A stretch of 64,000 nucleotides of DNA from Gammaproteobacteria bacterium (GCA_035325705.1 DAOKZI010000008.1:61451-125450); one strand, 5' to 3'. Positions 45,593-55,368 are shown, counted from the first letter of the stretch. Notes: a model not told the origin generated them from the letters alone. Translations and numbers: made by a program.

Positions 45593-46630
45593 CTATACGC
45601 CCAGACGTCGCGCCTCTTCGTCCATGACGATCGCAATCCGCCCGATCGCGCGGCGGGACAGCACATCGCTCATCGCCTGCTGGAAATTCTCGAGCGAGTA
45701 GGCCGCACCGAGCACGGGATCGATCTGGCCGAGCTCGAACCAGCGGAAGAGCCGATCCATGTTCGCGCGCACGCGGTCCTCGTACTCGTAGCGGAGATCG
45801 ACCGGGGTCCACCCGTAGTAGAGGCCCATGTTGAGACCGCAGACGGTGAGGTTCTTCACGAGCAGCAGGTTCGCCGGGATCTGCGGGATCTCGCCGCCGG
45901 CGAAGCCGACCGGCATGATGCGCGCCTCGGGCGCCATGCAGCGCAGCGACTGCATGAACACTTCGCCGCCCACCGGATCGTAGACCGCATCGACGCCGCG
46001 GCCCTGGGTCAGGGCGAGCACGGCGTCGCGGAAATTCTGCGTGCGGTAGTTGATCGCGTGCGTCGCGCCGTGGCGGCGCGCGATCTCGAGCTTCCCGTCG
46101 CTGCCGGCCGTCGCGATGACCGTCGCGCCGAGGATGCGGCCGATCTCGCAGGCCGCGATGCCGACGCCGCCGGCCGCGCCGTGCACCAGCAGCCGATCGC
46201 CGCGCTGCACGTTCAGGAGATGCGGCCAGGTCAAGGCCGCGGCGGAGGTCGCGTACGAGTTCGTGAAGGCGATGGCGCGCGCGAACTCGAGCGTCGGCGG
46301 CAGTGCGAACACGTTCACTTCCTTCGCGATCGCCTGCTCGGCGAGCCCGCCCCAGTCGAGCACGGCGCAGACGCGATCGCCGACGCGAAAGCGCGTCACC
46401 TCGGCGCCGATGTCGGCGACGATGCCCGCGACCTCCGTGCCCGGCACGAAAGGCAAGGGCGGCTTGCGCTGGTACTTGCCCTGCACGACCAGGCTGGTCG
46501 CGAAGCTCATGCCCGCGGCCTGTATGCGCAGGCGCAGTTCCTTCGGTCCGGGCGCCGGCACCGGCAGCTCCTCGAGCCGCAGATGCTCGAAGGGCATCCA
46601 GTCGCGAACGAGCACGCCGCGCATCGTCAC
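45593..46630 (-). CDS. NADPH:quinone oxidoreductase / zinc-type alcohol dehydrogenase family (MDR)
   Basis: 345 aa with the Rossmann motif VHGAAGGVG. GTG 46630 overlaps the upstream stop; the ATG at 46624 is an alternative. Confidence 0.9.
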   Translation of the reverse strand: MTMRGVLVRDWMPFEHLRLEELPVPAPGPKELRLRIQAAGMSFATSLVVQGKYQRKPPLPFVPGTEVAGIVADIGAEVTRFRVGDRVCAVLDWGGLAEQAIAKEVNVFALPPTLEFARAIAFTNSYATSAAALTWPHLLNVQRGDRLLVHGAAGGVGIAACEIGRILGATVIATAGSDGKLEIARRHGATHAINYRTQNFRDAVLALTQGRGVDAVYDPVGGEVFMQSLRCMAPEARIMPVGFAGGEIPQIPANLLLVKNLTVCGLNMGLYYGWTPVDLRYEYEDRVRANMDRLFRWFELGQIDPVLGAAYSLENFQQAMSDVLSRRAIGRIAIVMDEEARRLGV

Positions 46631-47418
46631 GGGCCCCGGCCGAAACGCGGCGCGCGCTTTTCCAGAAACGCGCGCATGCCTTCGCGCGCATCGGGCGAGA
46701 GAAACAGCGCGGACTGCGCCTGCAGCTCGAAGGCGAGCGTCTCCGGCAGGCTCGCCTCGGCGCCGCGCTGTACGCCCTGCTTGATCAGCATGAGCGTCTC
46801 CGGCGGGCCCTCGGCGAGCAGTTTCATGCGCGAGCGCACCTCGGCGTGGAACACCGCATCGGCGAACACGCGATTGACGAGACCCAGCCGAAGAGCCTCG
46901 GCAGCGTCGATGCGCTCGCCCGTCATCATCAGTTCCATCGCGCGCGCGGTGCCGACGAGCCGCGGCAGCAGATAGTGCCCGGCCCAGTCCGGCACGAGGC
47001 CGATCTTCACGAAGCTCTGCGCGAACTTCGCCGAGGCCGCGGCGTAGCGGAAATCGCAGGCGAGCGCGAGGTTCATGCCGGCGCCGGCCGCCGCGCCGTT
47101 CACCGCGGCGACGACGGGCTTGGCCATCGTGCGGATGAACTTGACGATCTCGCCGCCTGTCAGCATGCGCTGGCGGATCGGCGTGACCTCGTCCTGAGCC
47201 TGCAGCGCGGCCATGTCCGCGATGTCGCCTCCCGCGCAGAAGGCCTTGCCCGCGCCGGTGATGAGGACGCAGCCGACACCGGCGTCCGCTTCGGCTTCGC
47301 GCAGGCGATGGTAGAGCTCCTCGCGCATATCGCCGCCGAAGGCGTTCATCGCGTCCGGACGGTTCAGCGTGATGGTCGCGACGCCGTCGGCGACGGTGTA
47401 GAGAATGGTCGGGTTCAT
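46627..47418 (-). CDS. enoyl-CoA hydratase/isomerase family protein
   Basis: The ATG at 47416-47418 follows GAGGAAG. The crotonase motifs are ITGAGKAFCAGGD and AAVNGAAAGAG. Confidence 0.9.
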   Translation of the reverse strand: MNPTILYTVADGVATITLNRPDAMNAFGGDMREELYHRLREAEADAGVGCVLITGAGKAFCAGGDIADMAALQAQDEVTPIRQRMLTGGEIVKFIRTMAKPVVAAVNGAAAGAGMNLALACDFRYAAASAKFAQSFVKIGLVPDWAGHYLLPRLVGTARAMELMMTGERIDAAEALRLGLVNRVFADAVFHAEVRSRMKLLAEGPPETLMLIKQGVQRGAEASLPETLAFELQAQSALFLSPDAREGMRAFLEKRAPRFGRGP

Positions 47419-47425
47419 GGCTTCC

Positions 47426-47944
47426 TCAGGCAGCGGGCTTGCGGACCTCGTCGAGGCGGCACAGCGCCCCGCGCACGGACTCGAAGGCAACCCGCTGCAG
47501 ATCGATGTCTTGCACGCGCATCCAGTGCAGCGCCGCGGCCTCCTCGTTCGGCACGAAGGGCGGGATCCGATCGACTTCGAAGCCGAAGAACACGTCGACC
47601 GTGCGATAGCGAATGCCGTGATACTCATAACGGTTCGGGATCGAAAACAGATAGCGCGGGCGGCGCAGCTCGAGGCCGATTTCCTCCCGCACTTCCCGGA
47701 TCACGGCCGTTTCCAGCGACTCGTCGCCTTCGACGAAACCGCCCGGCAGATCGAGCAGGCCCCGGCCCGGCTCGTTCGCGCGCGTGATCAGCGCGATTTC
47801 CTCGCCCCGCGCGATCACCGCCGCGACCGCCGCGGCGGTGTTGTGGAAATAGGTGTAGCCGCAGTCGGTGCAGCCGTAGAGCTTGTTGTCGACGGTGTCG
47901 AGGGCGGCGAGGCCGCAGCGGGGGCAGTAGTAAGTGGCGGCCAT
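47426..47944 (-). CDS. NUDIX hydrolase with N-terminal zinc ribbon
   Basis: I chose the ATG at 47942-47944. The zinc ribbon is CPRCG..CTDCG and the Nudix box is GGFVEGDESLETAVIREVREEIGL. Confidence 0.85.
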   Translation of the reverse strand: MAATYYCPRCGLAALDTVDNKLYGCTDCGYTYFHNTAAAVAAVIARGEEIALITRANEPGRGLLDLPGGFVEGDESLETAVIREVREEIGLELRRPRYLFSIPNRYEYHGIRYRTVDVFFGFEVDRIPPFVPNEEAAALHWMRVQDIDLQRVAFESVRGALCRLDEVRKPAA

Positions 47945-48107
47945 CGACTTGCCGGGCTTGGGAGGAAACCGGATCTTCGTCCAAAGCCACGCTCGCTGCC
48001 AACCGGCGCGCCGGTGCGCCAAGCTGGCCAAGGCCGCGCCCGCGCCCTAGGATACCGGTTATCCCCGCGCCTCGCGCGGATATTCGATCAAATCAAGGAA
48101 CAGCAAC

Positions 48108-49016
48108 ATGCTTCTGAAAGGCAAGGTCGTCCTCGTCACGGGCGCGGGGCGCGGCGTGGGCCGCGCGATAGCGCTGGAAGCCGCGAAAGCGGGCGCCGCG
48201 GTCGCGGTCAACGATCTCGGCGTCGGCCTCGGCGGCGACGGCCGCGACGAAGGTCCGGCGATGGAAGTCGTGCGCGAGATCGAAGCCATGGGCGGCAAGG
48301 CCATCGCGTTGACGAAGAGCGTCGCCTCGTGGCAGGACGCGCACGAGATGGTCGCGGAAACCGTCGATCGCCTCGGCGGGCTCGACGGTCTCGTCAACAA
48401 CGCCGGCAACCTGCGCGACGTCATTTTCCACAAGATGACCGAAGACGACTGGGACGCCGTGATCGCGGTGCACCTGAAGGGTTCGTTCAACATGGCGCGC
48501 GCCGCGGCCAACGTCTTCAAGGAGCAGGCCAGCGGCGCGATGGTGCACATGACCTCGACCTCGGGCCTGATCGGCAATTTCGGTCAGGCGAACTACGCGG
48601 CGGCCAAGCTCGGCATCGCCGCGCTGTCGAAGTCGATCGCGCTGGACATGGCGCGCTTCAACGTACGCTCGAACTGCATCGCGCCCTTCGCATGGACGCG
48701 CATGATCGATTCGATCCCGATCACCAGCGTCGAGCAGGCGCAGCGCGTCGAGAAACTCAAGAAGCTCGTGCCGGAAAAGGTCGCGCCGGTCGCCGTCGCG
48801 CTGCTGTCCGACGCCGCGGCGAAGGTCAACGCCCAGATCATCGGCGCCCGCAACAACGAGATCTACCTGTTCTCCCAGCACCGTCCGATCAAGACCGCGC
48901 ATACCTCCGACGGCTGGACGCCGGAGACCTTCATCGAGCGCGTGATCCCGCAGTTCGAGCGCGACTTCCTGCCGATGGTGCGCTCGCCCGAGCTGTTTAG
49001 CTGGGATCCGGTCTGA
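48108..49016 (+). CDS. SDR family oxidoreductase (MFE-2-type 3-hydroxyacyl-CoA dehydrogenase-like)
   Basis: The motifs are TGAGRGVG, NNAG and YAAAK. Length is 302 aa. Confidence 0.9.
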   Translation: MLLKGKVVLVTGAGRGVGRAIALEAAKAGAAVAVNDLGVGLGGDGRDEGPAMEVVREIEAMGGKAIALTKSVASWQDAHEMVAETVDRLGGLDGLVNNAGNLRDVIFHKMTEDDWDAVIAVHLKGSFNMARAAANVFKEQASGAMVHMTSTSGLIGNFGQANYAAAKLGIAALSKSIALDMARFNVRSNCIAPFAWTRMIDSIPITSVEQAQRVEKLKKLVPEKVAPVAVALLSDAAAKVNAQIIGARNNEIYLFSQHRPIKTAHTSDGWTPETFIERVIPQFERDFLPMVRSPELFSWDPV

Positions 49017-49035
49017 ACACGGCGAGGTTTGCGGC

Positions 49036-49824
49036 ATGGACTACACGACGATCGCGATCGCGCACGACGGCGCCGTCGACTGGCTGTGCCTGAACCGGCC
49101 GGATCGACTCAACACGATCACGCCGGCGATGTGCGACGAGCTCCAGCACTATTTCGAAGGCCTGGAGCGCAATCACGCGGTGCGCATCGTCGTCCTGCGC
49201 GGCGCCGGGCGCGCGTTCTGCGCCGGCTATGACCTGAAGGCCGCGGGCCCCGTCAGCGCGGGGCCGATTATCGGCATGCGCGTGCAGCGCCAGGTCAGCG
49301 AGGTGTTCATGCGCATGCGCCGCTGTCCGCAGCCGATCGTCTGCCTCGCGCACGGGGCGACGACCGGCGGCGGCCTCGCTTTCGCGCTCGCGAGCGACGT
49401 GCGCATCGCCGCGCGCGACGTGAAGATGAACGTCGCGATGGTGAAGGTCGGGCTGACGGGCTGCGACGTCGGGATCAGCTACTTCCTGCCGCGCGCGGTC
49501 GGCAGCAGCGTCGCCGCCGAAATGATGATGACCGGCCGCATGATCACGGCCGAGCGCGCGCTCGCCGTCGGCCTCGTGTCCGAAGTGGTCGCGCCGGACG
49601 CGCTCGAGGCGGCCGGCCGCGCGATGGCCGAGGACATGCTGAAGACCTCGCCGATGGGTCTGCGCCTGACCAAGGAAGGCTTGCGGCTGAACCTCGACGC
49701 GCCGAGCCTGGAGGCCGCGGTCGCGCTCGAGGATCGCGGCCAGATTCTGTGTGCGAGTGCCGGTTTCTTCCAGGAAGGCATCGACGCCTTCCTCGAGCAG
49801 CGCGCCGCGAACTACCCCGATTGA
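49036..49824 (+). CDS. enoyl-CoA hydratase/isomerase family protein
   Basis: LRGAGRAFCAGYDL and GATTGGG fit the crotonase fold. Confidence 0.9.
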   Translation: MDYTTIAIAHDGAVDWLCLNRPDRLNTITPAMCDELQHYFEGLERNHAVRIVVLRGAGRAFCAGYDLKAAGPVSAGPIIGMRVQRQVSEVFMRMRRCPQPIVCLAHGATTGGGLAFALASDVRIAARDVKMNVAMVKVGLTGCDVGISYFLPRAVGSSVAAEMMMTGRMITAERALAVGLVSEVVAPDALEAAGRAMAEDMLKTSPMGLRLTKEGLRLNLDAPSLEAAVALEDRGQILCASAGFFQEGIDAFLEQRAANYPD

Positions 49825-49833
49825 GGAGGACCC

Positions 49834-50628
49834 ATGGAGCTCGAACTGAAGAACAAGGCCGTCGTCGTCACCGGCGCCGCCTCGAACATCGGCCGCGCAA
49901 TCACACTCGGCTTCGCGCGCGAAGGCGCCAACATCACGCTGGCCGACATCGACGAAGCCCAGGCCGCGACCGTCGCCGCGCTGGCGCGCGAGGCCGGCGC
50001 CGCGGGCGCCGAGGTCGTGCGCTGCGACGTCACGCAACTCGAGCAAGTGCAGGCGATGTTCGCGCGCACCGTCGAGCGCTGCGGCACCGTCGACGTGCTC
50101 GTCAACAACGTCGGCTGGGACCGGTTCATGTACTTCACGCAGACCACGCCCGATCTCTGGCAGCGGCTCATTCAGGTGAACTTCGTCGGCATGCTGAACT
50201 GCACCTGGACGGCGCTCGGCATCATGGTACCCAAGCAGCAGGGCGCGATCGTCTCGATCAGCTCGGACGCGAGCCGCCAGGGCGAGCCGCGCGAGGCGGT
50301 CTACGGCGCGATGAAGGCCGGTATCAATAGCTTCATGAAGACGATCGCCAAGGAAAACGGCCGCTACGGCATCCGTTGCAACGTGGTATGCCCGGGCGTG
50401 ACGATCCCGGGCCAGGGAGAGATGAGCGGCACGAGCATGTGGGCCGATGAGGGCACGTCCTTCACCCCCGAGCAGACCGCGCAGATTGCCAAATCCCTAC
50501 CTTTGAAGAGGATGGGCCGGCCGGAAGACGTCGTCGGTACGGTGCTGCTCCTGGCCTCGAACAAGGTGGCGAGCTACCTCACCGGACAAGTGATCAGCGT
50601 CAGTGGCGGCTACACGATGATCGGGTAG
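49834..50628 (+). CDS. SDR family oxidoreductase (BadH/FabG-like)
   Basis: RBS GAGGAGGA. The motifs are TGAASNIG, VNNVGWD (as I recall for BadH-type enzymes) and YGAMK. Confidence 0.9.
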   Translation: MELELKNKAVVVTGAASNIGRAITLGFAREGANITLADIDEAQAATVAALAREAGAAGAEVVRCDVTQLEQVQAMFARTVERCGTVDVLVNNVGWDRFMYFTQTTPDLWQRLIQVNFVGMLNCTWTALGIMVPKQQGAIVSISSDASRQGEPREAVYGAMKAGINSFMKTIAKENGRYGIRCNVVCPGVTIPGQGEMSGTSMWADEGTSFTPEQTAQIAKSLPLKRMGRPEDVVGTVLLLASNKVASYLTGQVISVSGGYTMIG

Positions 50629-50667
50629 ACAGAGACTCGCATTCCAATCCTATCAGAGGAACGTCAC

Positions 50668-51465
50668 ATGGCCGATTACGAAGACATCCTGCTCACGCGC
50701 GAAGGTCGCACCGCGACGATCTGCATCAATCGCCCGAAAAAGTACAACGCGTTCCGGCCGCGCACGGTCGTCGAACTCCTCGACGCCTTCCTGCGCGTCG
50801 GCTGGGACAAGGACGTCGGCTCGATTGTGCTGACCGGCGCCGGCGACAAGGCCTTCTGCACCGGTGGCGATCAGTCCGATCACGCAGGCGGCCAGTATGG
50901 TGACAACGATGCCCGCGGCTCCGTCGGCATGCCCGTCGAAGAGCTGCACTCGGTCATTCGCGACGTGCCGAAACCCGTCATCGCGCGCGTACGGGGCTAT
51001 GCGATCGGCGGCGGCAACGTGCTCGCGACGCTGTGCGACATGACGATTGCGTCGGAGAACGCGATCTTCGGCCAGGTCGGGCCGAAGATGGGCTCGGTCG
51101 ACCCAGGTTTCGGTACGGCCTATCTCGCGCGCGTCGTCGGTGAGAAAAAGGCGCGCGAAATCTGGTACATGTGCAAACGCTATTCCGCGCAGGAAGCGCT
51201 CGCGATGGGCCTGGTCAATACCGTCGTCCCGGACGACAAGCTCGACGCGGAAGTCGCCGCGTGGTGCGCGGAGCTCAACAAGCGCAGCCCCACCGCGATT
51301 GCGCTCGCGAAGAAGAGCTTCAACGCCGACACCGAGTCGATCCGCGGCATGGGCGGCCTCGCGATGCAGGCACTGCGCCTGTACTACCACACGGCCGAGT
51401 CCCAGGAAGGCGTCAAGGCGCTGAACGAGAAGCGCGAGCCGGATTTCATGAAGTACTACAAGTAG
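50668..51465 (+). CDS. MenB/BadI-subfamily crotonase (2-ketocyclohexanecarboxyl-CoA hydrolase-like)
   Basis: 265 aa. GAGDKAFCTGGDQ, GQVGPKMGSVDPGFGTAYLARVVGEKKAREIWYMCKRY and the C-terminal EGVKALNEKREPDF match my recollection of BadI more closely than MenB. The TAG stop is the GTAG of a REP. Confidence 0.85.
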   Translation: MADYEDILLTREGRTATICINRPKKYNAFRPRTVVELLDAFLRVGWDKDVGSIVLTGAGDKAFCTGGDQSDHAGGQYGDNDARGSVGMPVEELHSVIRDVPKPVIARVRGYAIGGGNVLATLCDMTIASENAIFGQVGPKMGSVDPGFGTAYLARVVGEKKAREIWYMCKRYSAQEALAMGLVNTVVPDDKLDAEVAAWCAELNKRSPTAIALAKKSFNADTESIRGMGGLAMQALRLYYHTAESQEGVKALNEKREPDFMKYYK

Positions 51466-51809
51466 CCAGCGCCGCTGCGCGGCGCTCGTTCCGGGCTACG
51501 CAGGATGCTCTTCTTGTAGCCCGGATGAGCGCAGCGAATCCGGGGTCGGACGTTCTCGCGCTGTCATCATTCCTAAGAACGCAGGATTCACAGCTCGAGG
51601 CATCGATCGCACGTATGCGCCGCGCTGACCGAAGATCCCGGATTCGCTGCGCTCATCCGGGCTACGAAGAGTGAGTTTGTAGCCCGGAAGAAGCGAAGCG
51701 GAATCCGGGTCGAGGCCGGCAAGGCCGTTGGCGCCTATATGCGAGCGTGGAGTGCCTTGCCAGCACTATCCGGATTCCGCGCCGCTGCGCGGCGCTCCTT
51801 CCGGGCTAC
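51462..51809. repeat. REP mosaic: palindromic C-like unit, B-long element, H, C-inverted
   Basis: The C-like unit is at 51462-51499. The B-long element (B forward 51516-51547, 86-bp core, B inverted 51634-51665) follows. H (GTAGCCCGGAAGAAGCGAAGCGGAATCCGGGT) is at 51679-51710 and inverted C at 51768-51809. The same order recurs at 54006-54270. Confidence 0.85.
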
Positions 51810-51843
51810 GAAGAGGGGGCTGCGTGCCCGCCGGCGCCCTCGT

Positions 51844-52536
51844 TCACGGCACCGGGGGCAGCGGGGTGGTCGGGCCCGTGATCGGCGCGCGATGGGGCGT
51901 GGGCGCGGGCGGCGCCGACGCGGGATCGATCTCGGTTGTCGTCGGCGGCCACGGTGAAGCGGGGAGAACGGCGGGCGTTGCCGTCGTGTCCTCGATCGGC
52001 GCTTGCGCCGGCTTCTGCAAGCCTTCCGACGCCGGCGGTACGGCCAGCGCCGCGAGCGGCGCAAGCTCGGCCGGCCACTTCGGCACCAGCGTCCGCGCCG
52101 CCGCGCTCGCGCGATCCTCGACCGCCGTCTGCAGCTTCTCGCTCAGAATTTCCGTCACGCCGTCCTTGTGCAGCAAGGCGGCGAACTGGTTCGTGTCCTT
52201 GTTCCACACGAGACCGGCCTTGTCCGCGATCTGCGGCACCGGCGTATAGCGCGACACCACGTAGAACAGCGGCCCTTCCTGCTTCAGTTCGTCCGCCGTG
52301 CGCACGAGCTGCATCACCGGCGCGTAGCGCTCACCGAGGAACGCGCTCAGCCGGCTCTTGATCGCGGGCTGCTCCCACAGATTCACCATGTTCGGATCGA
52401 AGCCGACCAGCGGCTTCAGCAGCGCCCAGATCACCTGGCTGGAGCTCGGCATCAGCAGCGCGGGGGCGGCGCAGCCGGCGAGGCAGGACAACACGACGAG
52501 GAACAGGACAGGGCGTGACGAGAACGAGCGGGGCAT
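51844..52536 (-). CDS. lipoprotein with Pro/Thr-rich C-terminal tail
   Basis: I chose the ATG at 52534-52536. The signal peptide plus lipobox reads VLSCLAGC. I recognise no family. Confidence 0.7.
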   Translation of the reverse strand: MPRSFSSRPVLFLVVLSCLAGCAAPALLMPSSSQVIWALLKPLVGFDPNMVNLWEQPAIKSRLSAFLGERYAPVMQLVRTADELKQEGPLFYVVSRYTPVPQIADKAGLVWNKDTNQFAALLHKDGVTEILSEKLQTAVEDRASAAARTLVPKWPAELAPLAALAVPPASEGLQKPAQAPIEDTTATPAVLPASPWPPTTTEIDPASAPPAPTPHRAPITGPTTPLPPVP

Positions 52537-52968
52537 ACGGGCAACGGGTAAGAAGCGGGCGCGCATTGTGCGACGACCGCTCGGTGAAAGCCATGCGCGA
52601 GCGCGTCGCCCGAGTGCCGGTCCGAAGTCGCCGGAGACGATCGGCCGGCGGCCGCGCTCCGCCGTCGCAGCCGGCGCTGCGCGAGGATCGCGAGCGACAG
52701 GCTTTGACGAAGAGCTGATGATCGCGGGGCAGGATCAGCAGCGCGTCGCGCGCGTCGGCGACGCCGGCCAGCAGCGATGAGAGCAGGACGAGGCAGCGGA
52801 GGCCACCGGCGTACCTCGCTCGCACTGCGTGAAAGAGGCGCATGGTCGAGCAGTGTAGCCGGTGAGTAGCAGTGTCGCCGTGTCGTTTCGTCACGCCGGG
52901 CCACGGGCAAAACGAATTGGTGCCGACGATATGGTGCCCGCGCCGCGCGAGACGATGTTCTTGTTCTT

Positions 52969-53071
52969 GTAGCCCGGATGAGCGCAGCGAATCCGGGGTT
53001 CGGCGGTCGGCAGGCGCAGGCGCGCGAACCCGGCACCCGATCCCGGATTCGCTGCGCTTCTGATGGGCTAC
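52969..53071. repeat. REP-B inverted pair
   Basis: A forward unit (52969-53000) and a degenerate inverted unit (53039-53071). Confidence 0.8.
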
Positions 53072-53184
53072 GGAGGACGGCGGCCCGGCGCCCGATGATC
53101 TTGCCGCGCGTCACGACCGCCGATTGGCGGCACCGCCGGCCGCGACTAAGCTCTCCTCTCCCGTTCCTTGATGAGAGCGCAGGC

Positions 53185-53964
53185 ATGAAACTCCCGTCCC
53201 GCATCGTCGACATCTCGCAGCCGCTCGACAACGACACCGTTGTCGATCCGCCTTTCATGCGACCCTCGATCCGCTACGTCACCGGCAAGGAGAACGCGAA
53301 GATGCTGTGCGAGCTCTTTCCGGGGCTGAAGGAAGAAGATCTGCCGGGCGGCGAAGGCTGGGCGATCGAGCACATCGCGCTGACGACGCACAACGGCACG
53401 CACATGGATGCGCCGTATCACTACAACTCCCGCGACAGTCGCGGCAATCCGATGCCGACGATCGATCAGATGCCGCTGGACTGGTATTTCCGGCCGGGCG
53501 TGAAGCTCGACTTCCGGCACTTCGACGACGGTTACGTCGCGACTGCTGCGGACGTGGAGGCGGAGCTGAAGCGCATCGGCTACGAGCTCCAGCCGATGGA
53601 CATCGTGCTCGTCAACACGCGCGCCGGCGAGATGTACGGCTCGGATCGGTACATCCATTCGGGCTGCGGCGTCGGCCGCGAAGCCACGCACTGGTTGACG
53701 CAGCGCGGGGTGCGCGTGACGGGCATCGACGGCTGGAGCTGGGACGCGCCGTTCTCGAAGACCTTGGAGCGCTGGCTGGCGACCAAGGATCCGAAGATCA
53801 TCTGGGAAGGTCACTACGCCGGGATCGACACGCCCTACTGCCACATGGAGAAGCTGCGCCACCTCGAAGCGCTGCCGCCCTACGGCTTCGTCGTCGCCTG
53901 CTTCCCGTGCAAGATCAAGGGCGCGTCCGGCGGGTGGACGCGCGCGGTCGCGATGTTCGATTGA
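53185..53964 (+). CDS. cyclase family protein (kynurenine formamidase-like)
   Basis: I chose the ATG at 53185. HNGTHMDAPYH is the cyclase/formamidase metal motif. Confidence 0.85.
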   Translation: MKLPSRIVDISQPLDNDTVVDPPFMRPSIRYVTGKENAKMLCELFPGLKEEDLPGGEGWAIEHIALTTHNGTHMDAPYHYNSRDSRGNPMPTIDQMPLDWYFRPGVKLDFRHFDDGYVATAADVEAELKRIGYELQPMDIVLVNTRAGEMYGSDRYIHSGCGVGREATHWLTQRGVRVTGIDGWSWDAPFSKTLERWLATKDPKIIWEGHYAGIDTPYCHMEKLRHLEALPPYGFVVACFPCKIKGASGGWTRAVAMFD

Positions 53965-54005
53965 ACGCCTTCCGCAGTACACGCGCCGCGCGGAACGATC
54001 CTCTC

Positions 54006-54270
54006 GTAGCCCGGATGAGCGCAGTGAATCCGGGCGGGATCGGGCATCCACGGGCTGCCAGCATTCCCAAGAACGCCGGCGTCACCGCTAGAAACATCGA
54101 TCGCCCGGATGCGCCGCGCTCATCCGGGCTACGAAGATAAAAAAGGGGATTTGTAGCCCGGAAGAAGCGAAGCGGAATCCGGGTGCGGCATGTCGGCGGT
54201 CGCCGGCGTTGAAATTCTCACCCCCGCCTCCCGGATTCCGCGCCGCTGCGCGGCGCTCCTTCCGGGCTAC
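54006..54270. repeat. REP mosaic: B-long (degenerate), H, C-inverted
   Basis: B forward is at 54006-54037, degenerate inverted B at 54103-54132, H at 54153-54184 and inverted C at 54229-54270. Confidence 0.85.
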
Positions 54271-54344
54271 AAAGAGGGCTCCAGGATGAGCGCTCGCGAT
54301 GCCGATCGTCGGGCGCCCGATCTACATGCGGATGTGCCGGCGCC

Positions 54345-54839
54345 TCAGGCCGCCTTCGGTCGGCCCAGGCGGCCGGACACGAAGTCGTCGAAGGTCGCGG
54401 TGACGAGGACATTGCCGTCCTTGTCGAGCACCTCGAACATGCGTCCGTCGTCCGCTTGCATCGCGAACAGCATCATGCAGCCGTTCGGGCCGGCGCGTTC
54501 CATGTGCACTTCGTTGTCCGGCGTGAGGCCGGTGAAGTCGGGCTGGCGGATCTTGTGCACCGTCTCTTTCGGCCGCGTCTCGATCACGTGCTGCTCGCCT
54601 TCGATCACCAGCGAGACGGTCGTGCACACGTGGCGGTGGAAGTGGCAGTAGGCGCCCGGCGCCCACTTCACGAGCAGATCCAGCCGGCCCGCCGCGCGGT
54701 CGGCGTAGGTGACGGCGATAGAGTAGTCGATCGGATAGTCGAACTGGGGACTGCCGGCGAGCGGGATCCAGTCGACGCGGTCGAGATCGAGATCGGCCGG
54801 CAGTTCGGCGCGGAAAGGAAGGGGCGTGCTCATGAGCAT
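54345..54839 (-). CDS. cupin domain-containing protein
   Basis: The start is ATG 54839 or 54833. The block WAPGAYCHFHRHVCTTVSLVIEGE is cupin-like. Length is about 164 aa. Confidence 0.7.
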   Translation of the reverse strand: MLMSTPLPFRAELPADLDLDRVDWIPLAGSPQFDYPIDYSIAVTYADRAAGRLDLLVKWAPGAYCHFHRHVCTTVSLVIEGEQHVIETRPKETVHKIRQPDFTGLTPDNEVHMERAGPNGCMMLFAMQADDGRMFEVLDKDGNVLVTATFDDFVSGRLGRPKAA

Positions 54840-54969
54840 GGTCCTGCTTCGGGGTGGACGGGCCGATCGCGGCAGCGATCGGATCTGTCGGGCAATATAG
54901 CAATCGACCGCCCCCAGGGCACCGATCCGCGCGGCCGCGACCCGGTCGCGCCTATGTAAGGAGGGACTC

Positions 54970-55296
54970 ATGCCCGTTTACGAACTGCGAACCTACAGCC
55001 TGCACTGCGGCAAAATGGCCGAGGCGGTGAAGCTCTACTCCGAGATCGGTTACCCGGTGCTCGAGAGATCCGGGCTCGCGAAGAAACTGGTCGGCTACTT
55101 CCAGGCCGACACCGGCGTCATCAATCAGCTCGTGCACCTGTGGAAGTTCGATGACGATGCCGATCGCCGCGCGCACTGGGCCGCGCTGTACGCCAATCGC
55201 GAATTCGTCGATGACTTTGCGGCGCGGATTCGGCCGCTGATCGCCCAGCAGGAGGTCAAGCTGCTGCTGGCCGCTCCGTGGGGACCGCATCCCTGA
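54970..55296 (+). CDS. NIPSNAP family protein
   Basis: 108 aa with RBS AAGGAGGGA. It starts MPVYELRTYSL and contains LWKFDD. Confidence 0.85.
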   Translation: MPVYELRTYSLHCGKMAEAVKLYSEIGYPVLERSGLAKKLVGYFQADTGVINQLVHLWKFDDDADRRAHWAALYANREFVDDFAARIRPLIAQQEVKLLLAAPWGPHP

Positions 55297-55319
55297 GACT
55301 TGGGAGCGGTGGGGAAGGC

Positions 55320-55353
55320 GCAGAGCCGGACGGATTAGACCGTCCGGCTCTGC
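55320..55353. terminator. bidirectional terminator hairpin between convergent genes
   Basis: A perfect 14-bp stem GCAGAGCCGGACGG / CCGTCCGGCTCTGC carries the loop ATTAGA. Only a weak A/T tract (GAAAAATT) is adjacent. Confidence 0.5.
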
Positions 55354-55368
55354 CAGCGAAAAATTCGC

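Noticed and set aside
52331-52894. 187-aa minus-strand ORF
   Set aside because: It overlaps the lipoprotein gene out of frame for about 200 nt. Only its first roughly 45 codons look coding. It is kept only as a possible pseudogene remnant in the findings.
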